Shown in pieces: positions 26,823 through 38,768 of a stretch of 64,000 nucleotides of DNA. The stretch comes from Octopus sinensis. Its lineage: Eukaryota. A program made the translations under genes and the position numbers. The notes under the pieces were generated by a model that had not been told where the DNA came from, did not search any database, and saw only the letters and a list, made by a program, of their open reading frames with translations. Position 1 is the stretch's first letter; every line of letters starts with the position of its first letter. The stretch covers positions 63,736,001 through 63,800,000 of the forward strand of contig NC_043009.1 in assembly GCF_006345805.1 (NCBI RefSeq), written 5' to 3'.

Positions 26823-27155
26823 CTTTCAATTTTATATTTTTATTCCACAGATCTAAATTGCGTAAGTACCTGTAATACAATGGGTAACTTTAATCATCCA
26901 CAGTGTCTCTTCACAAATGTGTGTCCTTGAGCTAAATCTAGAAATCAATGTGACATATTGATTACCGTTAAGTGTCGTAGAACAAAGACGGCTGACAACA
27001 GGTGAAGCCTTAGAAACCAGGTTCAATCTAATTCACCAGTCTCTTGGGGAAAATCATGAACATTGTACAATTTCATCATCTCTAGAATAAACGTAAGATG
27101 TTGTGATGAAATAAGCTAAATATTATTAATACAGAGAAGAAGAATAATATTTACT

Positions 27156-27479
27156 TTAACCGTTTAGCATTCAAATTATTCTGTCAAATGAAAAGTTTGT
27201 TTATTCATATTGTTTTCAATTAATCATGCATTATCTTGTAGCTTTGAGATTTTGTTGGTTACTCTTTTACTCTTTTACTTGTTTCAGTCATTTGACTGTG
27301 GCCATGCTGGAGCACCGCCTTTTAGTCGAGTAAATCGACCCCAGAACTTATTCTTTGTAAGCCTAGTACTTATTCTATCGGTCTCTTTTGCTGAACTGCT
27401 AAGTTACGGGGAGGTAAACACAACAGCATCGGTTGCCAAGCGATGTTGGGGGGACAAACACAGACACTCAAACTTATAA

Positions 27480-27521
<42 letters not shown>

Positions 27522-28131
27522 TTGTTTGTTCCTTCTCAAGCCATGCCTGGCTCATTAGGGCCGGTTTCCCGGTTTCCTTGGCGTATAGGTTCCCCACCTT
27601 GACAGGACTCCTGTCCGTCGCAGGTGAGCTGCAAGATGCAGGAGGAAAGGGTGAGAGAAAGTTGTGGCGAAAGAGTCAGCAGAAGTTTGCCACTTCCTTC
27701 TGCTGGAGCCGCATGGTGCTTAGGTGTTTCACTCATAAACACACACATCACCCGGTCTGAAATTCTAACCCACGATCCCTCAACCGTGAGTCAGCTGCTC
27801 TAACCACTAGGCCATGTGCCTCCACTATACATATGTATATATATACGACAGGCTTCTTTCAGTTTCCGTCTACCAAATCCACTCACAAGGCTTTGATCGG
27901 CCCAAGGCTATAGTAGAAGACACTTTCCCAAGGTGCCACGCAGTGGGACTGAACCCAGAACCATGAGGTTGTTAAGCAAGCTACTTACCACACAGCCACT
28001 CCAACGCCTGATTGTCTGTTTTTAGAATGACATTGCCAGGAAGGTGTGAGAGCTTGGATCTGGCTAGTTTGAACATGAAAAAGGTGGAATATCTAGACTG
28101 GATAAGTCCAGTTTAAACAGTAAAGGATTAA
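27156..28131 (+). mobile_element. TTAA-bounded piggyBac-like MITE interrupted by nested SINEs
   Basis: TTAAccgtttagcattcaaattattctg...aaaggaTTAA; both halves match the uninterrupted copy at 60202-60405. SINE1 (27261-28009) sits inside, with SINE3 (27521-27824) inside that. Confidence 0.65.
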
Positions 28132-28454
28132 TCAGGACCTTTTTATGAGGAGAGATAAAGGTAAATGAGATTATTAGTCAGGCTGGGTAGATATATCACT
28201 GTAACCAGACTGCTCTACCATGCCATGCCATGCCATGGGCTTTTAGCTCTTTGAGTTGTAGGGTGCGCTGTCATAGAATATGTCATGTTTTCGGCATTTT
28301 AGACTTGATGGGGCCCATCCTCCTCTGGCAGTGACCACAGTGGATTTCTTCCAGAGAGAGAGAGAGAGAGAGAGAGAGAGGTTGAGGGAAAGAGCTAGAA
28401 AGAGAGAGAAAGAATAAGACAGACTGAAAGAAGGCATTATAAAAAGAAACAGAT

Positions 28455-28488
<34 letters not shown>

Positions 28489-29420
28489 AGAGAAAGAGTT
28501 AGAAAGAAAGGGGAGAGAGATACAGATTGAGAGAAAGAGTTACAGATAGAGGCGAGAGAGAGAGAGAGAGAGAGAGAGAGAAGCAGACAGACAGACAGAC
28601 AGACAGACAGACGGACAGACTGACAGATGGATAGACGGACAGAGAGAGAGAAAGTTTTAGAGAATGAGACAGACAAAAAAGAAAGAGTCCAAGAAAGAGA
28701 CTGAAAGAAATTAAGAGTTAGAGAAAGAGGATCGACCCCAGTATAAAGCTGGTACTTTATTTATTGACCCCACCATCACCACCACCACCACCAAAAAAAA
28801 AAAAAAAGAAGGATGGAAGATAAAGTTGACCTCAGCCTGATTTTGAACTCAAGATGCAGATATTCGAAGCAATTATCACCAAACCCTCTAAACCAATGTT
28901 CTTGTAGCCTTGCCAACCGGCTGCTTTCTGATTAAAGGGCCAGACTACGGCCTAATGAAATCAAGGGATCTTCTTTTGTAGCAGGTGCTGGATTTTGAAA
29001 AGTTCCATACTTCCAGATTATATTGGTATCATGAAGAGGAACTGGTACCTGATCCTAGTAAGGACAGGTACCAGTTATACTTACTGCACTCTCCTTGTTC
29101 TAGCCGTTAATAGGAGCCATGTGGAGATATGGCTCATTCTTAGGCTCAGTCCCCTAGCTATGGGGACTGAGTATGATTTCAAGGGAAGATACAATTCATT
29201 GCTGCAAACGGGGGGAGCATTGTATAAATGATTGGTGTTTTGTTAATTTTTGTTAACTTCTTTTGCTGGACGCAAATCTTGCCATCAACAAAAGAATTAG
29301 GATGGATATCTGATCGAAATGGAGTAAAGAAGATGTCTAAGTATTTCGAAATCTGGAGTTTTACCATGATGTGTCTCAGAAATGCTGAAGGAGTGTAAGG
29401 ACAGAAAGAGAAGGAGAGAT

Positions 29421-29457
<37 letters not shown>

Positions 29458-29593
29458 AGAGGGGTTGAGATGGAGAGCTGTAGAAGGAAAGGAAAAGATG
29501 ATAAGTTAGTATTGATACATTTAACTAAATGATTGAATTTCGTTTTGGGATTTGGTTTGAAAGATTCTTTATGTGAGTTCGTGTGTTGAAGCA

Positions 29594-29915
29594 TATTCTG
29601 TTGTGTCTGGAGAGAGTCATTTTCTTTTTGTGTCTTATAATTTAACAGCAGCGGTGGTGCCCCAGCATGGCCGCGGCCTTCGGGCTGAAACATTTTAAAG
29701 GATTTTAAGGATTTACACTCACCGGTAAAATTTCCACTTTTTTTTCTTATTTTTATTTTCCTAAAATTTTCGTTGCGTTTATTGAAAAGGTTGCAAGACG
29801 CAGCGAAAATCTTAGGAAAATAAAAATAAGAAAAATAAGTGGAAATTTTACCGGTGAGTGGGTTAAATTATAAGGCACAAAAAGAGAATGACTCTCCCCA
29901 GGACACAACAGAATA
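29594..29915. mobile_element. Foldback element with long terminal inverted repeats and a SINE 3' fragment in its left arm
   Basis: tattctgttgtgtc..gagagtcatt...ttataattta[insert]acactcaccggtaaaatttccact pairs with agtggaaattttaccggtgagtgggttaaattataaggcacaaaaagagaatgactctccccaggacacaacagaata. Partial arm also at 25778-25900. Confidence 0.75.
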
Positions 29916-30365
29916 AACGATGGAAGAAAATTCAAATGCAAAGGAAATAACTGCGTAAAGTATAACTTTCACAGTTTCTTTCGAATTAAAGAAAACAAAA
30001 TTCATTACTAGAATGCTTGTTGTGTTTATTTCGTTTTTTTGTTTTTTTTTTTTGGTTTTTTGAGATGACTGAGCCTTTTACCTTTTTATTTGTTTTAATC
30101 ATTGAAAATGGTCATGCTGGAGCACTGCAGTGAAAGGTTTTAGTCAAATGAATAAACTCTAATACATTTTTTTTCTCAGATCTCAGAGTCATTCTATTGG
30201 TATCTTTTGCCAAACTACTAAATTACAGGGACATATACAAACCAACACCGGTTATCAAGTGATGAGAGAACACCCCCCCCCACACACACACACACGAATA
30301 TATCACAAGTTGCTACAGTTTCCATTTACCGAATTCATTCACAAGGCGTTGGTCAGCCCAAGGCT

Positions 30366-30851
30366 ATAATATAATAATAATGATATTATTGTATACGGTG
30401 CTCAAGTGCACCACAGCTTGTCAAAAGTGCATATAAAGCACATGTAGTAATGTACAAATGTCTGGAAAGCGAACAGTGTATGAGTCAGATACATGCTTGC
30501 ATGTGTATGGAGGGGAGAAAATCAGGTGTAGTATTGGCGAATCTCAGGAAGCATGGAAGTTTTGAAGGATGCAGTGCTCCGACAACTAACAACTGATGCT
30601 GGCAGTTTGTTCCATGCTTCAGCAACTCTTAGTGTGAAAAAATGTTTCCAAAGTCATGGGAGCTGTGCTGTTTTCTGACTTTGTAAACATGTCCATGGGT
30701 GTTAGATGGGTGGAGGTTGAAAAGGTGCTCAGAGTTATTGTTTGTAAGATGGTTAATAATTTTATGGGTGTCTGCCAAGTCAACTGCTAGACGTCAGAGT
30801 TTCAATGTATCCATACCCAGGGAAGTAAGGCTTTCAGAATATGGCAAATGC
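30366..30851 (-). mobile_element. CR1-type LINE 3' fragment, family A, second copy
   Basis: Closely similar to 21497-21990, including the (ATT)n tail. Confidence 0.85.
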
Positions 30852-31996
30852 CTGATGGAGGGTATTCCTTCTATAATAGGAAACACTTGCAAAAGGTACC
30901 ATGTTGTGGTACCTTCATTACAAGACAGCTTCAAGGGAAATGTTGAATGTTCCAGAGAGATGTTACTTCAAAAGGAAACAAAATAAGAACTTGTTCATTA
31001 TGTTTCTGGATCTGTTGAATGGTTTTGATTCTTCTCTCTTTTTACTCTTTTACTCTTTTACTTGTTTCAGTCATTTGACTGCGGCCATGCTGGAGCACCA
31101 CCTTTAGTCTACCAAATCGACCCCAGGACTTATTCTTTGTAAGCCTAGTACTTATTCTATCAGTCTCTTTTGCCGAACCGCTACGGGGATGTAAACACAC
31201 CAGCATCGATTGTCAAGCAATGTTGCTGGGACAAACACAGACAGATATGCACACACACATACATGCACATATACATACATATATATGACGGGCTTCTTTC
31301 AGTTTCCGTCTACCAAATCCACTCACAAGGCTTTGGTCAGCCCGAGGCTATAGTAGAAGACACTTGCCCAAGGTGCCATGCAGTGGGACTGAACCCAGAA
31401 ACATGTGGTTCGTTAGCAAGCTACTTACCACACAGCTACTCCTATTCTTTGTAAATTTGGTTGTCTACTCAACTTTGTGAATCTTTTTACACAGGGATGA
31501 CTGTTTAATTTTTTACGGGGCAAAAATCTGAGCCTTTCAAGAGTTAGGTAAGGCATTGTTTAATATCTTCCTCTTATAATATATCAACATCATCATCATC
31601 ATCACTACCACCACTATCCACCACCATTACCACCATCACCACCACCACCTCCACCACCATCACCACCACCATCATCATCATCATCATCATTGTTTAACGT
31701 CCATTTTCCATGCTGGCATAGGTCAGACGGTTTGACCAGAGCTGGCCAGCCAGGGAGCTCACCAGACTTCAAATGTCTGTAGCGACATGGTTTCTATGGT
31801 CAGCTGCCCTTCCTAATGCCAACCACTTCACAGTGTGTACCAGGTAGATTTTATGTACCAAGGGGCAAGGGTGCATTTACACAGCATGAGTGCATTTTAT
31901 GTGGCTCCAGCCCCTGTAAAGGACAAGTCTGTGTGTTTGGATGACAACAATTCTACCTAGTTTGACACATTTAATATTACACTGTGGTGTTATTTA

Positions 31997-32193
31997 CAGG
32001 GTGTCCATAAATCACCTTTACAATTTTAAAAATTCAGAAAAAAATGAAAAATAGGAAAAAATCAGCAGAAAAACTATGCAAGACATAGGCATACAAGTAA
32101 GGTTTTATTACAAACATCAGAATACTTCCGCATGGGCTCCATCTCTGGACAAATACATTGTGGAAGTTGTAAAGATAATTTATGGACACCCAG
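31997..32193. mobile_element. Tc1/mariner-type MITE
   Basis: ta-cagggtgtccataaatcacctttacaa ... ttgtaaagataatttatggacaccc terminal inverted repeats; 5' TA target. Confidence 0.6.
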
Positions 32194-35029
32194 CATATTT
32201 AAATACACAAATATATATTCAGCTGTGTTTCTTGCAGTGAGTAGTTTTGGTGTTCTGATGTGCAGAAGCATATTAAAAATAAATGTATAGGCATAGGAGT
32301 GGTTGTGTGGTAAGTAGCTTGCTTACGAACCACATGGTTCCGGGTTCAATCTCACTGCATGGCACCTTGGGCAAGTGTCTTCTACTATAACCTCAGGCCG
32401 GCCAAAACCTTGTGAGTGGATTTGGTAGACGGAAACTGAAAGAAGCCTGTAGTATATATGTATATATATATATGTGTGTTTATATGTTTGTGTGTCCGTA
32501 TTTGTCCCCCTAGCATTGCTTGACAACCGATGCTGGTGTGTTTACATCCCTGTAACTTAGCGGTTCAGCAAAAGTGACTGATAGAATAAGTCTTGGGGTC
32601 GATTTGGTCGACTAAAGGCGATGCTCCAGCATGGCCGCAGTCAAATGACTAAAACAAGTAAAAGAGTAAAAGAGTATGCATCTGTAACATGATTTTTTTC
32701 TATTTCATGTGCTTAAGGGCATCCATCCATAAAAAGCCATGCCAAATCAGACTGGAGTCCTGTGCAGCCCCTCAGCTTATCCCCCCTGGTCAAACCGTCC
32801 AACCCGTGCCAGCATGGACAATGGATGTTAGATGGTGATGATGATGATGATGGTGATGAACATGAACACATGGCAAACATGAACACACTTCACCAGAGGT
32901 AATGTTTGCTATTTTATACATAGAAATAGAAGTTCCAGCCAAACTCTGAACGACCGAGGCCCCACCCTGAGGAGGTGAAATCATACCAAAACACAGTGTC
33001 AGGTAGTCTGCTAACATCTTTTGAAATTCAACTCGATGCGTTTTTGGGAGTCTTACTGCAAGAAATTTTTCTCCAAGACAAAATCCCACATTGAACGGTT
33101 TCCATGTTTCTAGGGTGTGGAAACATGCATAAATAAATTACCACATTTATACGCGCGTATGCGCATGCGTGGGTGTGCGTTGCGCGTGCATATGGTACTG
33201 GATATGAGCTAAAATGCTCATCTCTTCTCAGTTAAGCCAGCTTTTTAAATAACTCGTTAAGAATGGTTTCAGTGCGTCTAAAGATTGCATGATTATCTCC
33301 CTTACACATAATTTGTTCAGATTCGTCTCCCCTTAATAAGTTTTCATTTTTAACAATTAAGAATTTATAACCTGAGCAAAACCAACAACAACAACAACAC
33401 CATCACTTCTACCACCATAATGATGATGATGATGATGATACTGATCCTCTTTATCGTCTGTTAACCAATCGACTGACTTTTGAATGTGTTAAACGCCTCG
33501 GTTGACGCGCTACAAATCTCATCCCATCACCGAGGGTTTTTACACATCTATACGTATTACATATTTTACACACACACACACACACGCACACACACACACA
33601 CAGAGGCGCAGACCATGGTTGTGTGTAAGAAGTTTGCTTTCCAACCACATGGTTCCAGGTCCATTCTCCCGGCATCACACCAGGGACAAATGTCTCCAAC
33701 TATAACCACAGGCCAACCAAATCCTTCAAGCAGATTTGATAGATGGAAACTGAAAGAAGTCTGCTATCTATACATATAATATATATCATCATCATCATCA
33801 TCATCGTCGTCATCGTCGTTGTTGTCGCTTAACATCCGCTTTCCATGCTGGCATGGTTTGGACGGTTTGATTGAGAACTGGTTAGCCAGGCGGCTGCACC
33901 TGGCCCCAATCTGATTTGGCAAGGTTTCTACAGCTTGATGCCCTTCCTAACACTCTGAGAGTGTGGTGGGTACTTTTTACATAACACCAGTACAGATGCC
34001 AGTCAGGCAGTACTGGCATCAGCCACACTCGAATAGTGCTTTGTACGTGCCACTGGCACACGTGTCATCGGCACAGGTGTCACCAGCACCGGCGCCAGTC
34101 AGGCAGCACTGGCTTCGGCCATGCTCGAATGGTGCTTTTTACGTGCTGTGCATGTATGTGTGTCATTGTGTCTGAGTTTGTCCCTCACCACCGCTTGGTA
34201 GCTGGTGTTGGTGTGTTTACATCCCTGTAACTTAGCAGTTCTACAAAAGAGACTGACAGAATAAGTACCAGGCTTTAAAAAAGAATCGGATACTGGGGTC
34301 AATTCATTCGACAAAAATATTTATATGATGGGCTTCATTCAGTTTCCATCTACCAAATCCATTTACAATGCTTTGGTCAGCTCAAGGCTGTAGTAGAAAA
34401 CGTTTACCCAAGGAGCCATGCGGTGGAACTGAACCCAGACTCATGAGGTTGGGAAGCAAAGTTCTTACCACACAGCCATGCCTGTACCTATAATATGCAC
34501 TTTTTTTTTTCACTCTTTTACTTGTTTCAGTCATTTGACTGTGGCCATGCTGCAGCACCGCCTTTAGTTGAATAAATCGACCCCAGGACTTATTCTTTGT
34601 AAGCCTAGTACTTATTCTATCATTATCTTTTGCTGAACCCACCAAGCTATGAGGGATGTAAACACACCAGCATCAGTTGTCAAGCGATAGTGGGGGGACA
34701 AACACAGACACACAAACATATACATATACATACATACTTACATATATATATATATATACAACGGGCTTCTTTTAGTTTCCATCTACCAAACCTACTCACA
34801 AGGCTTTGATTGGCCGGAGGCTATAGTGCAAGACACTTGCTCAAGGTGCCATGCAGTGGGACTGAACCCGGAACCATGTGATTGGTAAGCAAGCTACTTA
34901 CTCCACAGCCACTCCTGCGTCTATATAGAACTTTTATTTTTTATTTAGTTACAGTTTTGTAACAATTTTTAAAAAGTGACATTTCGGCATGGCCATTTGC
35001 ACATGAGACAGAATTCTACTTTGAGGAGG

Positions 35030-35390
35030 TAGAGGAGATGAGGAAGGGAGGAGGAGGAGGTGGAGATGAGGAAGGAGGAGGAGGAGGAGGAGATGAGGAG
35101 GAGGAGAAGGGGTGGAGATGAGGAGGAGGAGAAGGGGTGGAGATGAAGAGGAGGAGAAGGGGTGGAGATGAGGAGGAGGAGAAGGGGTGGAGATGAGGAG
35201 GAGGAGGAGAAGGGGGGAGATGAGGAGGAGGAGGAGGAGGAGGAGAGGGGTGGAGATGAGAGGAGGAGAAGGGGTGGAGATGAGGAGGAGAAGGGGTGGA
35301 GATGAGGAGGAGGAGAAGGGGTGGAGATGAGGAGGAGGAGAAGGGGTGGAGATGATGATGATGATGATGAGGAGGAGGAGGAGGGCGCCT
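35030..35390. repeat. Polypurine minisatellite (~24-27-bp unit gagatgaggaggaggagaaggggtg)
   Basis: Read directly. Confidence 0.9.
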
Positions 35391-36639
35391 TGTCTCTGGT
35401 GTTCCTTGTCCATAGAGGCTACCACTGAAACTTACGTCAGCAAACCACTCTCACCACGTCCACCATCAATAATATCCAACTTATTCAAAGTGATTTCTTC
35501 ATTATCCATCATCCATTTCCCTCATCATTTCCTTGTCCCAAAACTTGAATGTGCTGCAACTTACCCCAGATTTTGATGCTGCTCATAAACCGTGATCTCA
35601 ATCTCTGTCTCTCTCTCTTCCCCTTCTCTCTCTCCCCCCTCCAATCCATGCTTGGATTTCATAGCAATTTGCCCCAGGAACTAAAGACAGCACTACAATT
35701 AATAATAAAACAGCTGCCCACGACACAGGGCATTTGCTATCTGCAGCAGTGAATTGTACTTCTTAGAAGGAGGAGCTGCATGGCTCAGTGGTTAGAGCGT
35801 CAGACTTACAATCATGAGGTAGTGAGTTCGATTCCCGGACCTGGCTGTGTGTTGTGTTCTTGAGCAAGACAATTTATTTCATGTGGCTCCAATTCACTCA
35901 ACTGTAGAAATAAGTTGCGATGTCACTGGTGCCAAGCTGTATCGGCCCCTTTGCCTTTCCCTTGGATAACATCTGTGGCACAGAGACGGGAGGTTGCTGT
36001 GCACTGGCAACTGTTGGTCTTCCATAAACATCCTTACCCCCGGACTTGTGCCTCAGAGTGTAACTTTCTAGGGATAATCCCATGGTCATTCATGACTGAA
36101 AAGGGGTCTTTACCTTTTCTTTTCTTTTTTTACCGTGTTGAGTTAAGTGTATCAAATAAAAGCACAGAGAAGAAAACCAAGGAATGCTAACAGGGGCATA
36201 ACCAGGGTCTAAAGTTAGGGAGAGTAAGCACATAATAAAAAAAAGGCACCATGACACATACAAAACAATTTTAAACTCATTGATTATACATTTTATAAAA
36301 GGCCCCAATTTTTAAAAATGTGCTCAGGAGAACAGTGACCTCCTTGGTTCCCCTATTATCTATGACACTGAATTTTGAGAGTATTGAACCATCTTGTTAC
36401 CATATTTCTGCTGAAATACACTGCTTTTACAGTACCAGTGAAATTCTGGGGGTCAATGTAATTAACTAGTCCCCAAAACTTCAGGCCTTGTGCCTATAAT
36501 AGAAAGGATTATTAAGTTGGTATTTGGACACATAAATTAGCCTTAAAATTTGAAGGGAAGTTTTAATTTAGATCACAGTAAAATAGGAAGTTTATATCAA
36601 GGGTTGTCTCAGGTGAGTTGTTATCAGAAGGGACACGAT

Positions 36640-37518
36640 GTATTAAACCAGGTAAGTGTAATTAAACCAGGTAAGTGTATTGCTTGTATTGATCAAGGAT
36701 ACTCTGTATTAAATTAGACAGCAAGATCGGGTCCCTACAGCCGGTCTTCGTCATTGCCTGAATCTCCGGCCCCTCCCTTCGGTGCTTCTACAACGGTGCT
36801 TAAGGTGGTTCGGTCATGCAGCCCGGCATCTAGAGGGTGAGCTGATTCGCGATGTCCTCTTCCCACCTCCTCTTCCCAACTGGCGCAAACGCAAGGGCGG
36901 GCAGCTGAAGACCTGGACAACGACGATAAAGGAGGACCTTTCCAAACTCTCAGGTCTGCAGCAGGTCGGTCTGCGCAAATGGAGCCGCGAATGGCTCGCT
37001 ATCTCCAGTGACCTTGCACAGGACCGTCGAGCGTGGGCCGCTATGGTTCGTGATGCCGTCAGAGCCAGAGAAGAAGCCGGCTCAACCCACCCTGGGTGAA
37101 TGCCGTCACAAGTACAAGTACAAGTGTATTAAATTAGGGAAAGATAAGTGTATTGTTCAAGGATATAGTCTACTAAATTAGGGAGAAATAAGTGTATTGA
37201 CTAGTGACACAGTGTACCTTAGCAGGAGAGATAAAGTATATTGGTCAGTTACACAGTGTATTGTATCAAACCAGAGAGGTAAAAGTGTATTGAATAAGGA
37301 CACAGTGGATTAAACCAGTGAACTGTAAGTGTATTGACTGATGACACAGTGTACTAAATCAGGAATGGTAAACATATTGATCAGAGATGCTGTTTATTAT
37401 ACTAATGCTATGAGAGCTCAATGTATTGACCAAGGACTCTGTCAAATAAACCAGAAAGAGATAAGGGTATTGATCAAGATACAGTGTTCTAAGCTTAGGA
37501 TAGGTAAGTCTATTGACC
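36640..37518. repeat. Degenerate ~44-bp minisatellite interrupted by an RTE insertion
   Basis: About 10 units of taagtgtattga.caag.acacagtgtattaaacc at 36640-36727 and 37126-37518. Confidence 0.7.
36728..37125 (+). mobile_element. GC-rich RTE LINE 3' end with (CAAGTA)n tail
   Basis: LRWFGHAAR...RKRKGGQLKTWTTTIKEDL...LAQDRRAWAAMVRD...AGSTHPG*; tail caagtacaagtacaagt at 37109-37125. Confidence 0.85.
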
Positions 37519-38768
37519 GTTCTCGCCTGTGTCAAGGACATTTGCATAATCAAAGGAAAATTAACTGAAAAGACAGCTTTCATGTGCGGCAGATGCACAG
37601 GGGCTATAGACACCATTGATACTCAGAAAACAGATTCCATCACACTCCTGGGGGAGAAACTAGAAGTAGTTGATAGTTTTCGCTACCTAGGTGACCAAGT
37701 TAGTAGTGGGGGTGGATGCTCCTCAGAGAGTGTTACCACTAGAATAAGAATAGCTAGGCAAAGTTTAGAAAGCTCCAACCCCTACTGGTGACAAAGGGTC
37801 TCTCACTCAGAGTGAAAGGCAGATTGTACGATGCATATGTGCAAACTGCCATGCTCCACGGTAGTGAAACATGGGCCATGACTGCGGAGGACATGCGTAG
37901 ACTTGAAAGAAATGAAGCTAGCACGATCCGCTGGATGTATAATGTCAGTGTGCACACATGACAGACTGTAAGTGTCCTGAGAGAAATGCTGGACATAAGA
38001 AGCATTGGATGTGGCGTGCAAGAGAGATGTCTGCGCTGGTATGGTCATGTACTATGGATGGATGAGGAGAGATGTGTGAAGAAGTGCCATCCCCAAACAG
38101 TTGAAGGAATCTGGGGTAGAGGTAGACCCAGGAAGACATGAGATGAGGTGGTCAAGCAAGACCTTCGAACATTGGGTCTCACAGAGGCAATGATGAAAGA
38201 CCGAGACCTCTGGAGATATACTGTTACTGCGAAGACCTGACAATAACATGAGTTCATGGCTGCTTCCTGCACCAGCTTCACATAGACGCCCCAGCCCAGC
38301 CCAGCCAAAGTGCCTTGGATTGCAGGATGGCCTGCTGTGCTTACCTTGGATCATAGGGCGACCTGCTGTGCTTGAGGAGACCTATTGAGTCAAGCACATC
38401 AACATCAAAAAATCAAATGGAAATTGTAGTTGTGATACCTGTGCCGGTGGCACGTAAAAAGCACCATCGAAACGTGGCCGATGCCAGCACACCTTGACTG
38501 GCTTCCATTTCGGTAGCACATAAAATGCACCAACCGATCGTGGCCATTGCCAGCCTCCCCTGGCACCTGTGCAGGTGGCAAGTAAAAAGCACCCGCTACA
38601 CTCACGGAGTGTTTGGCGTTAGGAAGGGCATCCAACTGTAGAAACACTGCCAGATCAGACTGGAGCCTGGTACAGCCTCCTGGCTTCCGAGACCCCAGTC
38701 GAACCATCCAACCCATACCAACATGGAAAACGGACGTTAAACGGTGATGATGATGATGATGATGATGA
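37518..38768 (+). mobile_element. RTE LINE 3' part: ORF end, 3' UTR and (GAT)n tail
   Basis: CGRCTG...LEVVDSFRYLGDQVSSGGGC..VTTRIRIA, then frameshifted LHGSETW and LRWYGHV motifs. The 3' UTR has repeated gccggtggcacgtaaaaagcacc units and a (GAT)n tail. Confidence 0.9.

Noticed and set aside
28986-29067. Plus-strand exon VLDFEKFHTSRLYWYHEEELVPDPSKD
   Set aside because: Weak donor (GTACCA), no partner exons and no recognisable family.
29077-29087. ATACTTAC resembling the U1 snRNA 5' end
   Set aside because: No U1 stem-loops or Sm site follow; it is simply the reverse complement of a GTAAGT donor-like motif.
37126-37518. CRISPR-like look of the 44-bp array and of the tandem SINE units
   Set aside because: Eukaryotic context, no invariant repeat with unique spacers, no cas genes.
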